Virus record (IMG/VR): IMGVR_UViG_3300036760_000522
Coordinates: 62,001-126,000 of that record
Direction: 5' to 3' (one strand)
DNA length: 64,000 nt
Position 1 is the first letter of the stretch. Every line of letters begins with the position of its first letter. The notes beneath the pieces are model-generated. The model had not been told where the DNA came from, ran no database searches, and saw nothing but the letters and a program-made list of their open reading frames with translations. A program made the translations under genes and the position numbers. Positions 49,141 to 58,805 of this stretch are shown in pieces.

Positions 49141-52100
49141 TCAGCTCCTCAATGTCAATGTCAAATTGCCGAGTTCTAGAAACTCCACCTGTTGAGCTTC
49201 GATGTCGTGTGGCCCGATGTCGTTCCGAACGATGTAGCTGGCCCTATACTGGTGATCAGTGGGGTTGTCGGGAGGGATCCCGCTGGCTGAGAGGCTCAAA
49301 AAGACACGGTTAGCTGTTCTCCGCAGACGTTCCTTGGCGATATCGGTTGCTGTGATGAAGCCTTCGACTATCAAGGTGGCGTCATCGCTGTAGCCGGCGA
49401 TTACAGCGCCGTCCGCTCCAACGATGTACGCTTGTCGATGGACTAGTCCGACGTTCGCCAGGGTGGCACTGAGCCCCATGGCGACATCGTCCTGAAAGAC
49501 CCCGCGGTGCTCAGTCTGGAGCCCTCCTCCATCGGTCGTAGGGTACTCCAAGGCACTCGACAACACGTAGACGCGGTTTCCGCCGATATCGAGGGAGGGA
49601 ACCCGCTGATTGGTATTCGTGATAGCTTCCCGAACTCGTCGGGACCCGTCTGCGTACCCCATTCTGGCGAGGGGTATGACCTGGAAGTCGACTCCAGGAG
49701 TTGAGTCGACGGCGTTGATGATGTCGCTCTGAGCCGTTCCTTGTCCAATGAGATGTTGGTTCAGCTCGAGACTGACGGCGTCGCGAGTCGCAGGGTCGAC
49801 TTTCGCGCGCGCTGCGCCGTTCTTGAGCTGCACGGTCGTTTCAATGTCGACCTCGTTCTGGATTGCTTGTTTCGCGAGAACGTCGGCAGTGACGTGCCGT
49901 TGCGTGTCCAACGATCGTTGCATCTGTTGCAACAAATCGTTGATCACGTAAGTCACTGTGAAGTTCTCGTCATGGTCGTAATCGACGGACACGGTTTGAC
50001 CACTCACAATGGTGCTCGGGTTGGTCCGCACAATCTTAGATGGTGTCGTTGCTGTTCCCGACAAGATGTCGAAGTCGGGGGTTGGTGAGGATGGCCCCAA
50101 GTACTCAATGGTTCGAGCCTCGTTGAAAACTCGAATCGTCGCTGTGTTGATACCGATGCTGAGAAGAGGCTCTTCAAAAAAGCCGATCAGGACATGCTGT
50201 TCGTCATTGACGGTAATAATGGCTCCGCTCGGAACGCCCAAGATTTGGTTGATGACGAGGTAGTCGTTCGCGATGGTCGACTCTCCGTCGAGTAGTGGAT
50301 CATCTGTTTTGAAGAGCGTAAACCCCGTCGTGATGTTGAGTGCTCCTGAAGCTTCTCCTACAACGGAGACAACCCGACGAACCGGTTGCAACGTGAACCT
50401 GAACTGATTCACAGATCGGAACCGATAGTCCGCGGTGACAATGTCGTCGAGTGCTGTAGCAGGCTGCGGGATCAGGTTGTTGACTTGAAACGTTTGGTAG
50501 TCGATCAACGTGACACCCGTGAGGTCGTAGTCGGCACCAACGGTCGCATTTCGGACACCAAGGCTTTGAATTGGGTTGTTGAGAATTTCGATGATCGGCG
50601 TCGTCGGCGTAACTCGACTGTCGAGGACCCTGAAAATGAGGTTCACAGCATCAATGATTTGACAGCGAACATCTCTTGCGATCTCGAACGTGAACGAGAA
50701 GTTCTCGGTGACGGTGCGTTCACGTAAGCCTTGAATCCAAACATCGACCTTTCCACCGATGTGTTTCATTCGGATTTCATCGAAGTCCCGCATCATCAGG
50801 GGGTCGCCGGACTTCACGATCTTGGTTTTGATGACGCCGATCTGTTTCGCTGCCGTGGCCGCGTACCCACCTTCTGTGCCTGTATCGACAGACACGAATC
50901 CGAGCATGGCACGAGCTGCAAGATCTGCGTTACTCTCCACGTCAGTGCCGAAGACGGTGCGTTCATTTTGAACGACACTGAGGCCGCCGGACACGGAGGA
51001 ACCGATATTGACAATGCCTGACGGTCCAGCGGGTCGATTGCCGTTCGAACCCGGACTCTCCGCAACAACATCAACGGTTATTTCATACCTCCGAGTTGTG
51101 AAGTTGTAAAAGGCGTCGGCTTGAGCGGCAGGAAGAACGAAAGTACCGCCGGACAGAAACCGAACAGCTGGAAGGCCATTCTCTGTGTCCACATTGGTCG
51201 AAACGATCGTACCCGACGGTATGGTGATATCCGTTGCTGGACGTGTCGTCGTGAAGAACACAACTTGCCCGACAGAGGGACGTCCTGGTAGTCTCGTTCG
51301 CTGGAAGTTAGCGGCCAACTTGTCGAACTGTGTGTCGATGAGTGTTTGGACTGCCGTGTCCGAGCGGAGACCTAACGCTGCTCGGAGCGCTGTCTTGTAT
51401 GCGCTGCCCGAAACCGGATCTGACGCACCGTCGCCGTCAGCGTCATCGATAGCGAGCAGTGTGAGAAAACTGCTTGATCGATGAACGAAGTCAACAATGA
51501 ACCAGACACGTTCGATCTCGCTCGAAAATGGATCGATGGCGACATCGCGTGTTGTAGATCCAGGAACAAGGGAGATCTCTCGATTGACGCGTTGTATGGC
51601 CGCAACGTAGTCGAGTACGACTTGGATTTGCGTCTTACCTGGTAGATCCCGAATCGCAGTATCGACGGTAAGCGGCGTTCCCAAAACCTCTTGGCTGTAT
51701 GGTGATTCGAACTCGGAGCCTTGAAGGGGATCAAAATAGATCCCTGTGACTACGTAGTAGAGCGGGGAAGTTACATCGACATCAAGGAACTGATCCGCGT
51801 TGAGCCCTGTACCTCGAACGTGCTGAAAGGTAATGAACTCGGTCAGTGCCCGAGCTTCGAATTGCCCGGTGAACTTCAAATCCCCGCCGTATGAAATAAC
51901 ACCAATCGTTGAATCGATGACTTGTCCGATCTCTGCCCCAAACTCGTCTTCCTGCGTGATACGAATCCGCAAGTTGTTCTCGAGAGAAGCGAAAACTGCA
52001 TTGTAAGATGCAGTAGGGAGCTCTTGGACATCTTCTTCGAATTCCGTTGACTCCACCGTAACCGGCTGGTCGTTGATCTTGAAGTACCCTGTCGTACCTG

Positions 52101-52596
52101 CGGGGACTGCGGAAGCGTAGAAATTGAATCCACGAAACTCAAAGTTCTGTGGGTTGTCGATGGGCCCTGTCAACGTCGACAAATCGGGCTTCTCGGCCAA
52201 GATGTTGACAGCGTCTCTTGACCGACGAACACGTACACCTGTTGGGATCAGGAGATCCAAATTCCCTGCCTGAGACACACGAGTGATCCTGGCAACCGAA
52301 GCCGCCGAAACTCCACCTACGATGTCGATGGACCTCAACGCAATCGTGTTCTGTCCAAGTGCCAGTGGTAGGCCGTCCGGCAAAGATGACGGGTTCGGAA
52401 CTTCAAAGTTCAGACCGTTCAAAAAGACGAGAGTCGAATCCGAAATGAACGCACCCCCATTGACTGAGACCTGAACGTCGACAGTGTTGATGTCGATCGT
52501 ACCGGTTAAGCTGAGGGCCTCGAGATTGGTCGAGAGGATCAACTCTTGGGTGTACCCTGTACCGTCTCTGAGCGCGATCTGCGGAGCTGTGGCCAT
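49141..52596 (-). CDS. Baseplate J-like wedge protein
   Basis: PGSTTRD, DKLAANF, ITIPSGT, GSNGN, GTDVESNADLAAR, GGKVDVW. Confidence 0.85.
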   Translation of the reverse strand: MATAPQIALRDGTGYTQELILSTNLEALSLTGTIDINTVDVQVSVNGGAFISDSTLVFLNGLNFEVPNPSSLPDGLPLALGQNTIALRSIDIVGGVSAASVARITRVSQAGNLDLLIPTGVRVRRSRDAVNILAEKPDLSTLTGPIDNPQNFEFRGFNFYASAVPAGTTGYFKINDQPVTVESTEFEEDVQELPTASYNAVFASLENNLRIRITQEDEFGAEIGQVIDSTIGVISYGGDLKFTGQFEARALTEFITFQHVRGTGLNADQFLDVDVTSPLYYVVTGIYFDPLQGSEFESPYSQEVLGTPLTVDTAIRDLPGKTQIQVVLDYVAAIQRVNREISLVPGSTTRDVAIDPFSSEIERVWFIVDFVHRSSSFLTLLAIDDADGDGASDPVSGSAYKTALRAALGLRSDTAVQTLIDTQFDKLAANFQRTRLPGRPSVGQVVFFTTTRPATDITIPSGTIVSTNVDTENGLPAVRFLSGGTFVLPAAQADAFYNFTTRRYEITVDVVAESPGSNGNRPAGPSGIVNIGSSVSGGLSVVQNERTVFGTDVESNADLAARAMLGFVSVDTGTEGGYAATAAKQIGVIKTKIVKSGDPLMMRDFDEIRMKHIGGKVDVWIQGLRERTVTENFSFTFEIARDVRCQIIDAVNLIFRVLDSRVTPTTPIIEILNNPIQSLGVRNATVGADYDLTGVTLIDYQTFQVNNLIPQPATALDDIVTADYRFRSVNQFRFTLQPVRRVVSVVGEASGALNITTGFTLFKTDDPLLDGESTIANDYLVINQILGVPSGAIITVNDEQHVLIGFFEEPLLSIGINTATIRVFNEARTIEYLGPSSPTPDFDILSGTATTPSKIVRTNPSTIVSGQTVSVDYDHDENFTVTYVINDLLQQMQRSLDTQRHVTADVLAKQAIQNEVDIETTVQLKNGAARAKVDPATRDAVSLELNQHLIGQGTAQSDIINAVDSTPGVDFQVIPLARMGYADGSRRVREAITNTNQRVPSLDIGGNRVYVLSSALEYPTTDGGGLQTEHRGVFQDDVAMGLSATLANVGLVHRQAYIVGADGAVIAGYSDDATLIVEGFITATDIAKERLRRTANRVFLSLSASGIPPDNPTDHQYRASYIVRNDIGPHDIEAQQVEFLELGNLTLTLRS

Positions 52597-52599
52597 AGG

Positions 52600-53739
52600 T
52601 TAGCTAACGAGTTGGTAGTTGGGGAGAGACGCTTGAACGAGTTCTCGCTGTTGTGTGGATCCAAGTAGATCAACTGGTAGAGGAGCACGTATTCCCCGAG
52701 AAAGCTGTATGGACTTCTGCGAACGATTTTGAACGACAGAGTTGATCATGATGACGGTCGGATCTTCGTCACTCTGTTCGAGCGTTACAGAGAGGAGACG
52801 GAATGGGTATTCCTCGTCCGTCACGATTTGTCCGACGTTCTCTTCTTGTTGGCGCTTGATACTCTGCCATCGACGAAACGATTCGTGTATGTCAGAGACG
52901 ATGAGGTTTTGAATGAGCCCTGTTTGCTTTCGTCCCACGCTTTCCGTGATCCGCGTACCGTACCACGTGTGGAAAACGTTGGATCCTTGAACGGTCCAAA
53001 GAGCCTTGGTGAATTCTTGTAATAGTAGGTCTTCGTTGACGAGCGTAACGATCTCTCCGGATGAGTCGTAGCGCCAATCATTCTCGACTCCGAGCCCGCC
53101 ACAACGTCGACACTCTTGTCTGATCGTGATGTAGTCCATCTCGACGTAGTCGCGATAGCCTTGCAAAGGTTCGTCAAAGATCACAAGTCGTGTGGGCCGG
53201 TCACTCAAGGTATTGGGATCGTTGACCAACGTCCAAGCAGGTATGATGGTTTTCCCGCGCCAAAACCGATTCGTGTAAAGTCCGACGGTCGCAGCTAAAG
53301 TACTACCCGTCGTCTTCACGAAGATTGTGGAGGACTCCCCGTCTCGTGCAGTCAAGAGTCTAAGCCGTTGATGTGGCGCGATCACAAAGTAGGCGTCACG
53401 GATTTGTGTGTTCAACACATCTATGACCTGTTGTGACGAGACGCGGTTGCCTGAAGGTGCCGTCAATGCCTGCTCGAGACCTCCGTTGATCTTGACGACG
53501 AGTGTGTCGTTGGCGCCGCCTTGGATTTGAAATGGTCCAGAGATCGAACCAGAAGCAGTTGCCGCTGTAAATAGCCCGGTCGGATTTGCTTCAGCTTCCC
53601 CATTGACTCGAACGCGAACGGACCTTGAACTGGCAATTGGTCGTAGGGGTCTAACCGTTTGACGGTCCGACGACAGAAACAAGGGCTCCTCGACGACGCC
53701 GTGAGGACAAACTTGTTCAATGGCCCGATCGTAACTCAT
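52600..53739 (-). CDS. Baseplate wedge protein with a gp25-like C-terminal domain
   Basis: LLQEFTKALWT..GSNVFHTWYGT and QSDEDPT motifs. Confidence 0.65.
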   Translation of the reverse strand: MSYDRAIEQVCPHGVVEEPLFLSSDRQTVRPLRPIASSRSVRVRVNGEAEANPTGLFTAATASGSISGPFQIQGGANDTLVVKINGGLEQALTAPSGNRVSSQQVIDVLNTQIRDAYFVIAPHQRLRLLTARDGESSTIFVKTTGSTLAATVGLYTNRFWRGKTIIPAWTLVNDPNTLSDRPTRLVIFDEPLQGYRDYVEMDYITIRQECRRCGGLGVENDWRYDSSGEIVTLVNEDLLLQEFTKALWTVQGSNVFHTWYGTRITESVGRKQTGLIQNLIVSDIHESFRRWQSIKRQQEENVGQIVTDEEYPFRLLSVTLEQSDEDPTVIMINSVVQNRSQKSIQLSRGIRAPLPVDLLGSTQQRELVQASLPNYQLVS

Positions 53740-54464
53740 GCGGAGCTCGGAGGAACAAAGCCTGTGTTTTGACGCTGTGCCGATTCGTTGGTACGCCCGG
53801 AGCCTGAGTCATAGGAACTGAAGGGAGCGTACACGGTCTGACCCAACGGATCAGCCCCGTGGTCGTCGAAGATGGCCCTGTAATTGGGATCGGCAATAAA
53901 CTGTTGGATCTGTTGCGCTACGTTCTCGAGGGAGTTGGCAGACGAGACAGCCTCCCGAATCGTCAGTAAGTTGGACTTTTCGAGATTCAGTTGGTCCGCA
54001 TAGTCGGTTGCGCGTCGAATCTTGCGTTCAAGGACATCGAATCGGTAGTCCAGCGTAGGTTCGAGCCAGGATCTGGCTTGGCGCACTAAAGCCCCCGTAG
54101 GAGCGTCAGAGAGGCCTTTTGCCCCGACGACTTCCCCGTTGCTCATGTACTGCGGGGAAACTGTCTCCGTGCCTCTGACAAGGAATACAGGGTCTTCGAA
54201 GAGGCGAAGCCGAAGATCGATGTTCGGGTTGCCTCCGAGAACCACGTACGTCTGAAACAGCTTCCCAAGGTAAGAGTCAGTCGGATCCGCAGAGTAACCT
54301 TGCGAGATCCCGTTCTTGTATTGGAATGTGATCCGACCGACTCTTCTCAGCTCAGCGTCTAGGTGCTGAATCCGCCCGTCGATGAGTGTCAGCTGACTTC
54401 GAGCAAAACTGAGAAACCTATCGAACTGGCTCTTGTTGAAAGTGCCAAGCCATGTAAACGACAT
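53736..54464 (-). CDS. Putative structural protein
   Basis: First gene of the minus-strand baseplate block; preceded by TTTTAT. Confidence 0.5.
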   Translation of the reverse strand: MSFTWLGTFNKSQFDRFLSFARSQLTLIDGRIQHLDAELRRVGRITFQYKNGISQGYSADPTDSYLGKLFQTYVVLGGNPNIDLRLRLFEDPVFLVRGTETVSPQYMSNGEVVGAKGLSDAPTGALVRQARSWLEPTLDYRFDVLERKIRRATDYADQLNLEKSNLLTIREAVSSANSLENVAQQIQQFIADPNYRAIFDDHGADPLGQTVYAPFSSYDSGSGRTNESAQRQNTGFVPPSSA

Positions 54465-54502
54465 CCTGATTCAGACACCTCATAAAAGGACGTGTCAGCT
54501 AA

Positions 54503-55090
54503 TCAGGCGGCTTCGAGATACGGACGCCATTCAAGCGGAGCGTTCCCGATGTCGACTCGAGGCCCGTGAAGAGGCAGAACTCTGGGTCGGTGAGGAACAA
54601 CAAGAAGCACCATTCCCGACTCCTCTAACGACAAGTCGGCCTTCTTCTCATTACACGAGCGGCAGGCAGTCACGATATTCTCCCAGACCGTTTTTCCGCC
54701 TCTCGCACGAGGCACGACGTGGTCATAGTTCAGCTCCGACATCGGGAGCTTCTTGTCGCAGTAAGAACACTTGAACCCGTCGCGTTGAAAGACGTTGATT
54801 TTCGAAAATTTGATCCCCGACTTCATCGCTTGAACCTTGCGGCGCAAGACGGCAACCGCAGGAACCTTGATCACGAGGCTCTCAGCGTCGGTCCCAATCA
54901 CGTGACTGAGAGCACGTTTCAACTCCGGAAAAGTGCGAAGCGTCTGTCGATCAATGTGCGCAAGGACTTCGTCGTACTGTGCGAGGACAGTGACAGTTCC
55001 CTTGAACATCTTGGTGACGGCGTCTTTCCAGTCAACGATCTCGTGTGGCCGATAATGCTGGTTCAGTACTAGTGTTTGTGCGTAGGACAT
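54503..55090 (-). CDS. HNH endonuclease
   Basis: RDGFKCSYC...DHVVPRARGG...WENIVTACRSCNEKK. Confidence 0.92.
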   Translation of the reverse strand: MSYAQTLVLNQHYRPHEIVDWKDAVTKMFKGTVTVLAQYDEVLAHIDRQTLRTFPELKRALSHVIGTDAESLVIKVPAVAVLRRKVQAMKSGIKFSKINVFQRDGFKCSYCDKKLPMSELNYDHVVPRARGGKTVWENIVTACRSCNEKKADLSLEESGMVLLVVPHRPRVLPLHGPRVDIGNAPLEWRPYLEAA

Positions 55091-55092
55091 GA

Positions 55093-55121
55093 CGATCCTC
55101 CTTTCGGTTTTTGGAGGATCG
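55093..55121 (-). promoter_or_regulatory. 9-bp hairpin occluding the Shine-Dalgarno of the HNH gene
   Basis: Minus strand: CGATCCTCC-AAAAACCGAAA-GGAGGATCG-TC-ATG. Confidence 0.65.
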
Positions 55122-56360
55122 CTACTTCAGGACCTCCTCGAAGTCAGCTACCTGTTCCTCCGACAGTTTGTTCAAACAGTAAAAAGACCCCATCTCGCAG
55201 AAGTTTTCTTCCGGGTTCTTGGATGCGTACTGGGTGACAAACCCTGATGATTTGTCGCCGACGATGTCATCAGTTGTGACACCGAGGTAGTTCTTTGCGT
55301 AGGTTTCAATGGGGACCTTGAGTATGAATTTCGGTGCTTCATCCTTCAAAACAAGGTGTACGGTGCGAGACCTGAGGTCGACCATTCTGACCACGAGTGC
55401 CTCTCCCTTGTACACGATCTCGTCACCTTTTGACGGTACAGGCAAACGCTCTCGCTTAGCGTCTTCGACGCTTTCCGAAGCTCGGCGACATTTTCTGTAA
55501 AGCTCATCGATCTTCCTGTCCTTTCCAGACAAGAACTTCCGTTGTAAACGGTGAAAGAGCTCGTGAAGCACTACCTGTAGGGTGTCAACAGAAACTCGAA
55601 TCCCAGCTCGAACAAAGATCTCGTCGCTCGAGTGCAGATAGAACGCAAGCACGTTGCTTTTTCCAACTTTGCGACTGACCTGGACGTTCCCATAGCAAAC
55701 CTTGCCGAAGCCTTTACTCGTGATGAGGGTCGCGGCTTTCTGAACTGTTTCCGCCGCTGCCGACATAATGGCTTCGTTGAATCCACCTGTGTTGACGAGA
55801 GAGAAGGGCCCTGCTTTGATCTTGTGTGATTCGTCTAGAGGCTTACCTTTGGACAACGCCTCAAGGATCACTGCGTGCTGTCCACGGATCTCGGACAGCT
55901 GTCTCAAATAGTTAGTGGCTGCGGCGTCGTATTGGTCTAGAGGATTGCCGCGCAACCGTATGTTTTTTGACTTTTGTTTGGAGGCCCAGTACCGACTCAC
56001 CTGTTCGACTTTGCGACGAAGAGCCGTGGGCAAACTGAACTGCTGGAGAATAGCTAGCGTCAGGTCCCAAATGTCGCGAAACCAAACGTAGTAACGGTAA
56101 GCCGAAAGCCCGAGCATCTCGCGGAAAACACGCTCCATCGAGAAAACTTCATTCCAAAGAGGCTTCTGCTCCTCTGAGTTCGCGTCTCGCGCCCGGATCG
56201 CTTTAATCTCGGAAGTCAGTTGCTGGAGTTTCTGGGCATCCCGCTCCAACTTGGCGAAGTCGTTTAGATGCTGACCTATCGTGTTGGACAGTTGCGTGGG
56301 GTCAGCGATTGCGTCCCCACGCTTGTACCGCACAATGATGGCGTCGATGATGTCTGTCAC
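55122..56360 (-). CDS. Zincin-like metallopeptidase domain protein
   Basis: HELFH plus distal VTQYASKNPEENFCE. Confidence 0.7.
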   Translation of the reverse strand: MTDIIDAIIVRYKRGDAIADPTQLSNTIGQHLNDFAKLERDAQKLQQLTSEIKAIRARDANSEEQKPLWNEVFSMERVFREMLGLSAYRYYVWFRDIWDLTLAILQQFSLPTALRRKVEQVSRYWASKQKSKNIRLRGNPLDQYDAAATNYLRQLSEIRGQHAVILEALSKGKPLDESHKIKAGPFSLVNTGGFNEAIMSAAAETVQKAATLITSKGFGKVCYGNVQVSRKVGKSNVLAFYLHSSDEIFVRAGIRVSVDTLQVVLHELFHRLQRKFLSGKDRKIDELYRKCRRASESVEDAKRERLPVPSKGDEIVYKGEALVVRMVDLRSRTVHLVLKDEAPKFILKVPIETYAKNYLGVTTDDIVGDKSSGFVTQYASKNPEENFCEMGSFYCLNKLSEEQVADFEEVLK

Positions 56361-56425
56361 GACGGATCCAGTTCAATAAAAGGAAAGGACTTGTTACCTG
56401 ATCCCCTCGTAAGAGGGACCCTACT

Positions 56426-56797
56426 ATGACGACTGTTGTATTAATCGTTGATGACGAGCACTTCGCGCTCCACGCTCTAGTGAAAAGTCTGGCTTGTGAT
56501 CACTACAAAGTCATGACGGCAAAGAGTGGTGAGGCAGCACTCAAACTGATCCGAAGCCACTTGGGCGAATCCATCAAACTCCTACTACTCGATTGGTCAC
56601 TGCGGGACATGAGCGGTCTGACTCTAGCAGAGGAAGCCAAGAAATTGATCCCCGACGTGAAAATCCTCTACGTCTCGGGCTACGCCGCAAGTGACAAGTC
56701 GCTAGAAAGTTGTTGGATCACCAAACCGTTCGACCAAAAGGAGCTACGTGCCCGCGTTTTGCGGGAGCTGAAAATTGGGGTGAGCGACGGGAATTGA
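56426..56797 (+). CDS. Stand-alone CheY-like response regulator
   Basis: LIVDDE, LLLLDW, VSGY, TKPF. Confidence 0.9.
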   Translation: MTTVVLIVDDEHFALHALVKSLACDHYKVMTAKSGEAALKLIRSHLGESIKLLLLDWSLRDMSGLTLAEEAKKLIPDVKILYVSGYAASDKSLESCWITKPFDQKELRARVLRELKIGVSDGN

Positions 56798-56847
56798 ACC
56801 CGCCTGAAACTTGGTCCACATCCAAGCGCCCTCACCAGAAGGCTCAC
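56776..56847 (-). pseudogene. tRNA-His(GTG), 5' acceptor strand lost
   Basis: D, anticodon and T arms, C73 and CCA present; the 5' end is fused to a truncated HNH ORF. Confidence 0.75.
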
Positions 56848-57118
56848 ACTTGCCACCCAAAAGGCTTATAGCAAACTCCTTGAAAAGGTAACGTCTAACC
56901 TTTTGTCTACATGACATGCAGAGTTTGTATAGGTTAGGCCTTGCACAGACCGCGCACAGTTTGGTTGAGGCTGTCTGACGTTGCGGGTATTCTACCTTGT
57001 GCCCCCGCCGAAATGGGGAGCACGTGAGACATTTTTTCCGACTACCGAGATTTCTCAACTTGCCGTCCACACGCACCATAAACGGGAACTTATTACCGCA
57101 ATCCAAACAGGTGAGCAC
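56844..57118 (-). pseudogene. Truncated zinc-finger/HNH endonuclease
   Basis: Several CxxC pairs, then AISLLGGKC, where the HNH core would start, runs straight into tRNA-His. Confidence 0.6.
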
Positions 57119-57144
57119 ACATGTGCACGACACCGAGAATCATT

Positions 57145-57221
57145 TGGCATCCCAGGATGGATTCGAACCACCAGCCGTCGAGTTAGAAGCTCGCCGCACG
57201 GTCCAATCGTGCTGCTGGGAC
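57145..57221 (-). tRNA. tRNA-Arg(TCT)
   Basis: Cloverleaf, loop CTTCTAA, CCA encoded. Confidence 0.9.
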
Positions 57222-57254
57222 AAATTCATTTATGGTCCTTCAAGGGCAAGGCTT

Positions 57255-57566
57255 ATGTATTCCTACGACCGACGCAAGACTGCGGCTGTGGACAAGGTTC
57301 CTATCTTCAACAAGTTTTCCTTGCAACTCACGACCGGTCAGGTCGAAAAGATGATACAGAAGCACTACGAGATCGAGGAAGGATCCCTAGAGTTCAGACC
57401 TGCCACAACGCATCGTGACACCGTTCATGTGGACTTCTTCTACAAACTGGCCGGCAAAGATGTCCAAAGAAGTAACGGCGTAGGATCAGGTACTGTGGTC
57501 CTACGGGCAGAGCATCAAGGGAAGCAGATCCAGATCACAGCATTTGTGAACATCGACGACAACTGA
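57255..57566 (+). CDS. Small protein beginning MYSYDRRKTAA, inserted antisense in the tRNA array
   Basis: ATG at 57255; TTTAT upstream. Confidence 0.6.
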   Translation: MYSYDRRKTAAVDKVPIFNKFSLQLTTGQVEKMIQKHYEIEEGSLEFRPATTHRDTVHVDFFYKLAGKDVQRSNGVGSGTVVLRAEHQGKQIQITAFVNIDDN

Positions 57567-57572
57567 ACGTTG

Positions 57573-57643
57573 TAGCGAGCGAGGGACTCGAACCCTCTCC
57601 GGCGCCGTATGAAAGCACTGGTCCTCCCTGGACCGAGCTCGCC
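57573..57643 (-). tRNA. tRNA-Met or Ile2 (CAT)
   Basis: Cloverleaf, loop TTCATAC, no encoded CCA. Confidence 0.8.
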
Positions 57644-57654
57644 AATTTGGTGTT

Positions 57655-57728
57655 TGGCTGGGGCGCCAGGGATCGAACCTGGATCAACTGGTCCAAAGCC
57701 AGCCGTCCTACCTTTAGACGACACCCCA
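57655..57728 (-). tRNA. tRNA-Gln(TTG)
   Basis: Cloverleaf, loop CTTTGGA, CCA. Confidence 0.92.
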
Positions 57729-57733
57729 AAAAT

Positions 57734-57815
57734 TGGCGGAGGTCGAATCGAACGCCACACCCGAAAGTGCCATCAGTTTAGCAAACTGCGGATCACCCAG
57801 TGATCGTCAACCTCC
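57734..57815 (-). pseudogene. tRNA-Ser(GCT) with about 4 nt missing from the T-stem 3' strand
   Basis: Loop TTGCTAA, long variable arm; TGGCG-TTCGATT-C lacks its pairing partner. Confidence 0.7.
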
Positions 57816-57822
57816 ATTAATT

Positions 57823-57905
57823 TGGCGGAGAGGACAGGAATCGAACCCGCTACGGAATTACCGCGACCGTTTTCAAGACGGTTTGCCACCATTAGCCACC
57901 TCTCC
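57823..57905 (-). tRNA. tRNA-Ser(TGA)
   Basis: Loop CTTGAAA, long variable arm, GCCA end. Confidence 0.88.
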
Positions 57906-58227
57906 AAAAGACCTTGAGCTGTTCGCTCATTGAGACACGAGACCGTTGTTCTTGTCTCGTCTGATGATTCCACGAGTCTTTCGACCCGGTTGCCTTGTGA
58001 GGCTTACAAAACAGACAACCGCCTCGAGCGTTTTTTCGTTTCTTGCGTTTGTGGTGCACAGGATCTCCTTGCCGCCGTCAGCGGCTTGTTAGTGATCCTG
58101 CGATGCTTCATCATTTCGACTTTTGGTTGTTGTAGGAAGGGCAGCCTGGTCTCTTGCATTTCAATTTCTCCACCTGTCTTCAGACGGGTGGAGACTTCAG
58201 GGTACCACAGTTTACAAGGACCGGGTC

Positions 58228-58548
58228 CTAGTTTCGCTTGAGAGCTTCTCTGAGAAACTCTTTTGTTGCGTTGATTAGCTCAACGTCACTGACTAGCGCA
58301 TCGACAAATTCAGGAGCCCGCAAGTGCAGCACACGGGTCGTGATAGCCGGTAGCCCGCGCTCCTTCACGTATTCGTACATAGCAAGCACCAACATCATGG
58401 CGACGCCACGAGGAGCAGATTTTTCTTGACCGGCACTAGCCAACAACAGAGGATAAAGGTACTGACGAAAATGCGATTGATCGTTGATCTTCAGTAGTCG
58501 CTCAAGCATCTCTTCACGGCTCGGTAGCGTGATGTCAGTTTCGATCAT
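58228..58548 (-). CDS. Hypothetical protein
   Basis: Likely start MIETD at 58548; the longer ORF call overlaps tRNA-Ala. Confidence 0.55.
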   Translation of the reverse strand: MIETDITLPSREEMLERLLKINDQSHFRQYLYPLLLASAGQEKSAPRGVAMMLVLAMYEYVKERGLPAITTRVLHLRAPEFVDALVSDVELINATKEFLREALKRN

Positions 58549-58595
58549 TACGCAAACAACACCAAACTTCAGATTTTTGTTGATCACCCGGACAA

Positions 58596-58626
58596 GTAAC
58601 AGTAGAAAACGGTCGGGAATTGAAGG
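58596..58626 (+). repeat. Dispersed CRISPR-repeat-like unit, copy B
   Basis: GTAACAGTAGAAAACGGTCGGGAATTGAAGG, preceded by an AT-rich flank and abutting a tRNA 5' fragment. Confidence 0.65.
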
Positions 58627-58638
58627 TGCTACAGGGAC
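58627..58638 (-). pseudogene. 5' stub of a tRNA (GTCCCTG-TA-GCA)
   Basis: Starts 3 nt after the CCA of tRNA-Ala and resembles the 5' end of tRNA-Arg in this window. Confidence 0.5.
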
Positions 58639-58641
58639 ATT

Positions 58642-58717
58642 TGGTGGAACCGAAGGGAATTGAACCCTCAACCTCTTGTGTGCAGGACAAGCGCTCTCCC
58701 AATTGAGCTACGGCCCC
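58642..58717 (-). tRNA. tRNA-Ala(TGC)
   Basis: G3:U70, loop CCTGCAC (C33), CCA. Confidence 0.9.
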
Positions 58718-58727
58718 AAGATTTGTT

Positions 58728-58805
58728 TGGTGCTCCCACGGGGCGACGATCCCCGTTTTCCGCCTTGAAAGGGCAGTGTCCTAACCAAACGTAGACGATG
58801 AGAGC
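58728..58805 (-). tRNA. tRNA-Glu(TTC)
   Basis: Loop CTTTCAA; atypical T-loop ATCGTCG; CCA. Confidence 0.85.

Noticed and set aside
5966-54464. Bacterial eCIS, tailocin or T6SS locus
   Set aside because: Neck-type genes, inteins, homing endonucleases and a tRNA array fit a phage genome better.
58615-58626. GGGAATTGAA as a simple tRNA T-arm remnant
   Set aside because: A T-arm would read GGGAATTGAACC on this strand, not ...GG. Copy A is in the opposite orientation to the tRNAs, and the similarity extends upstream.
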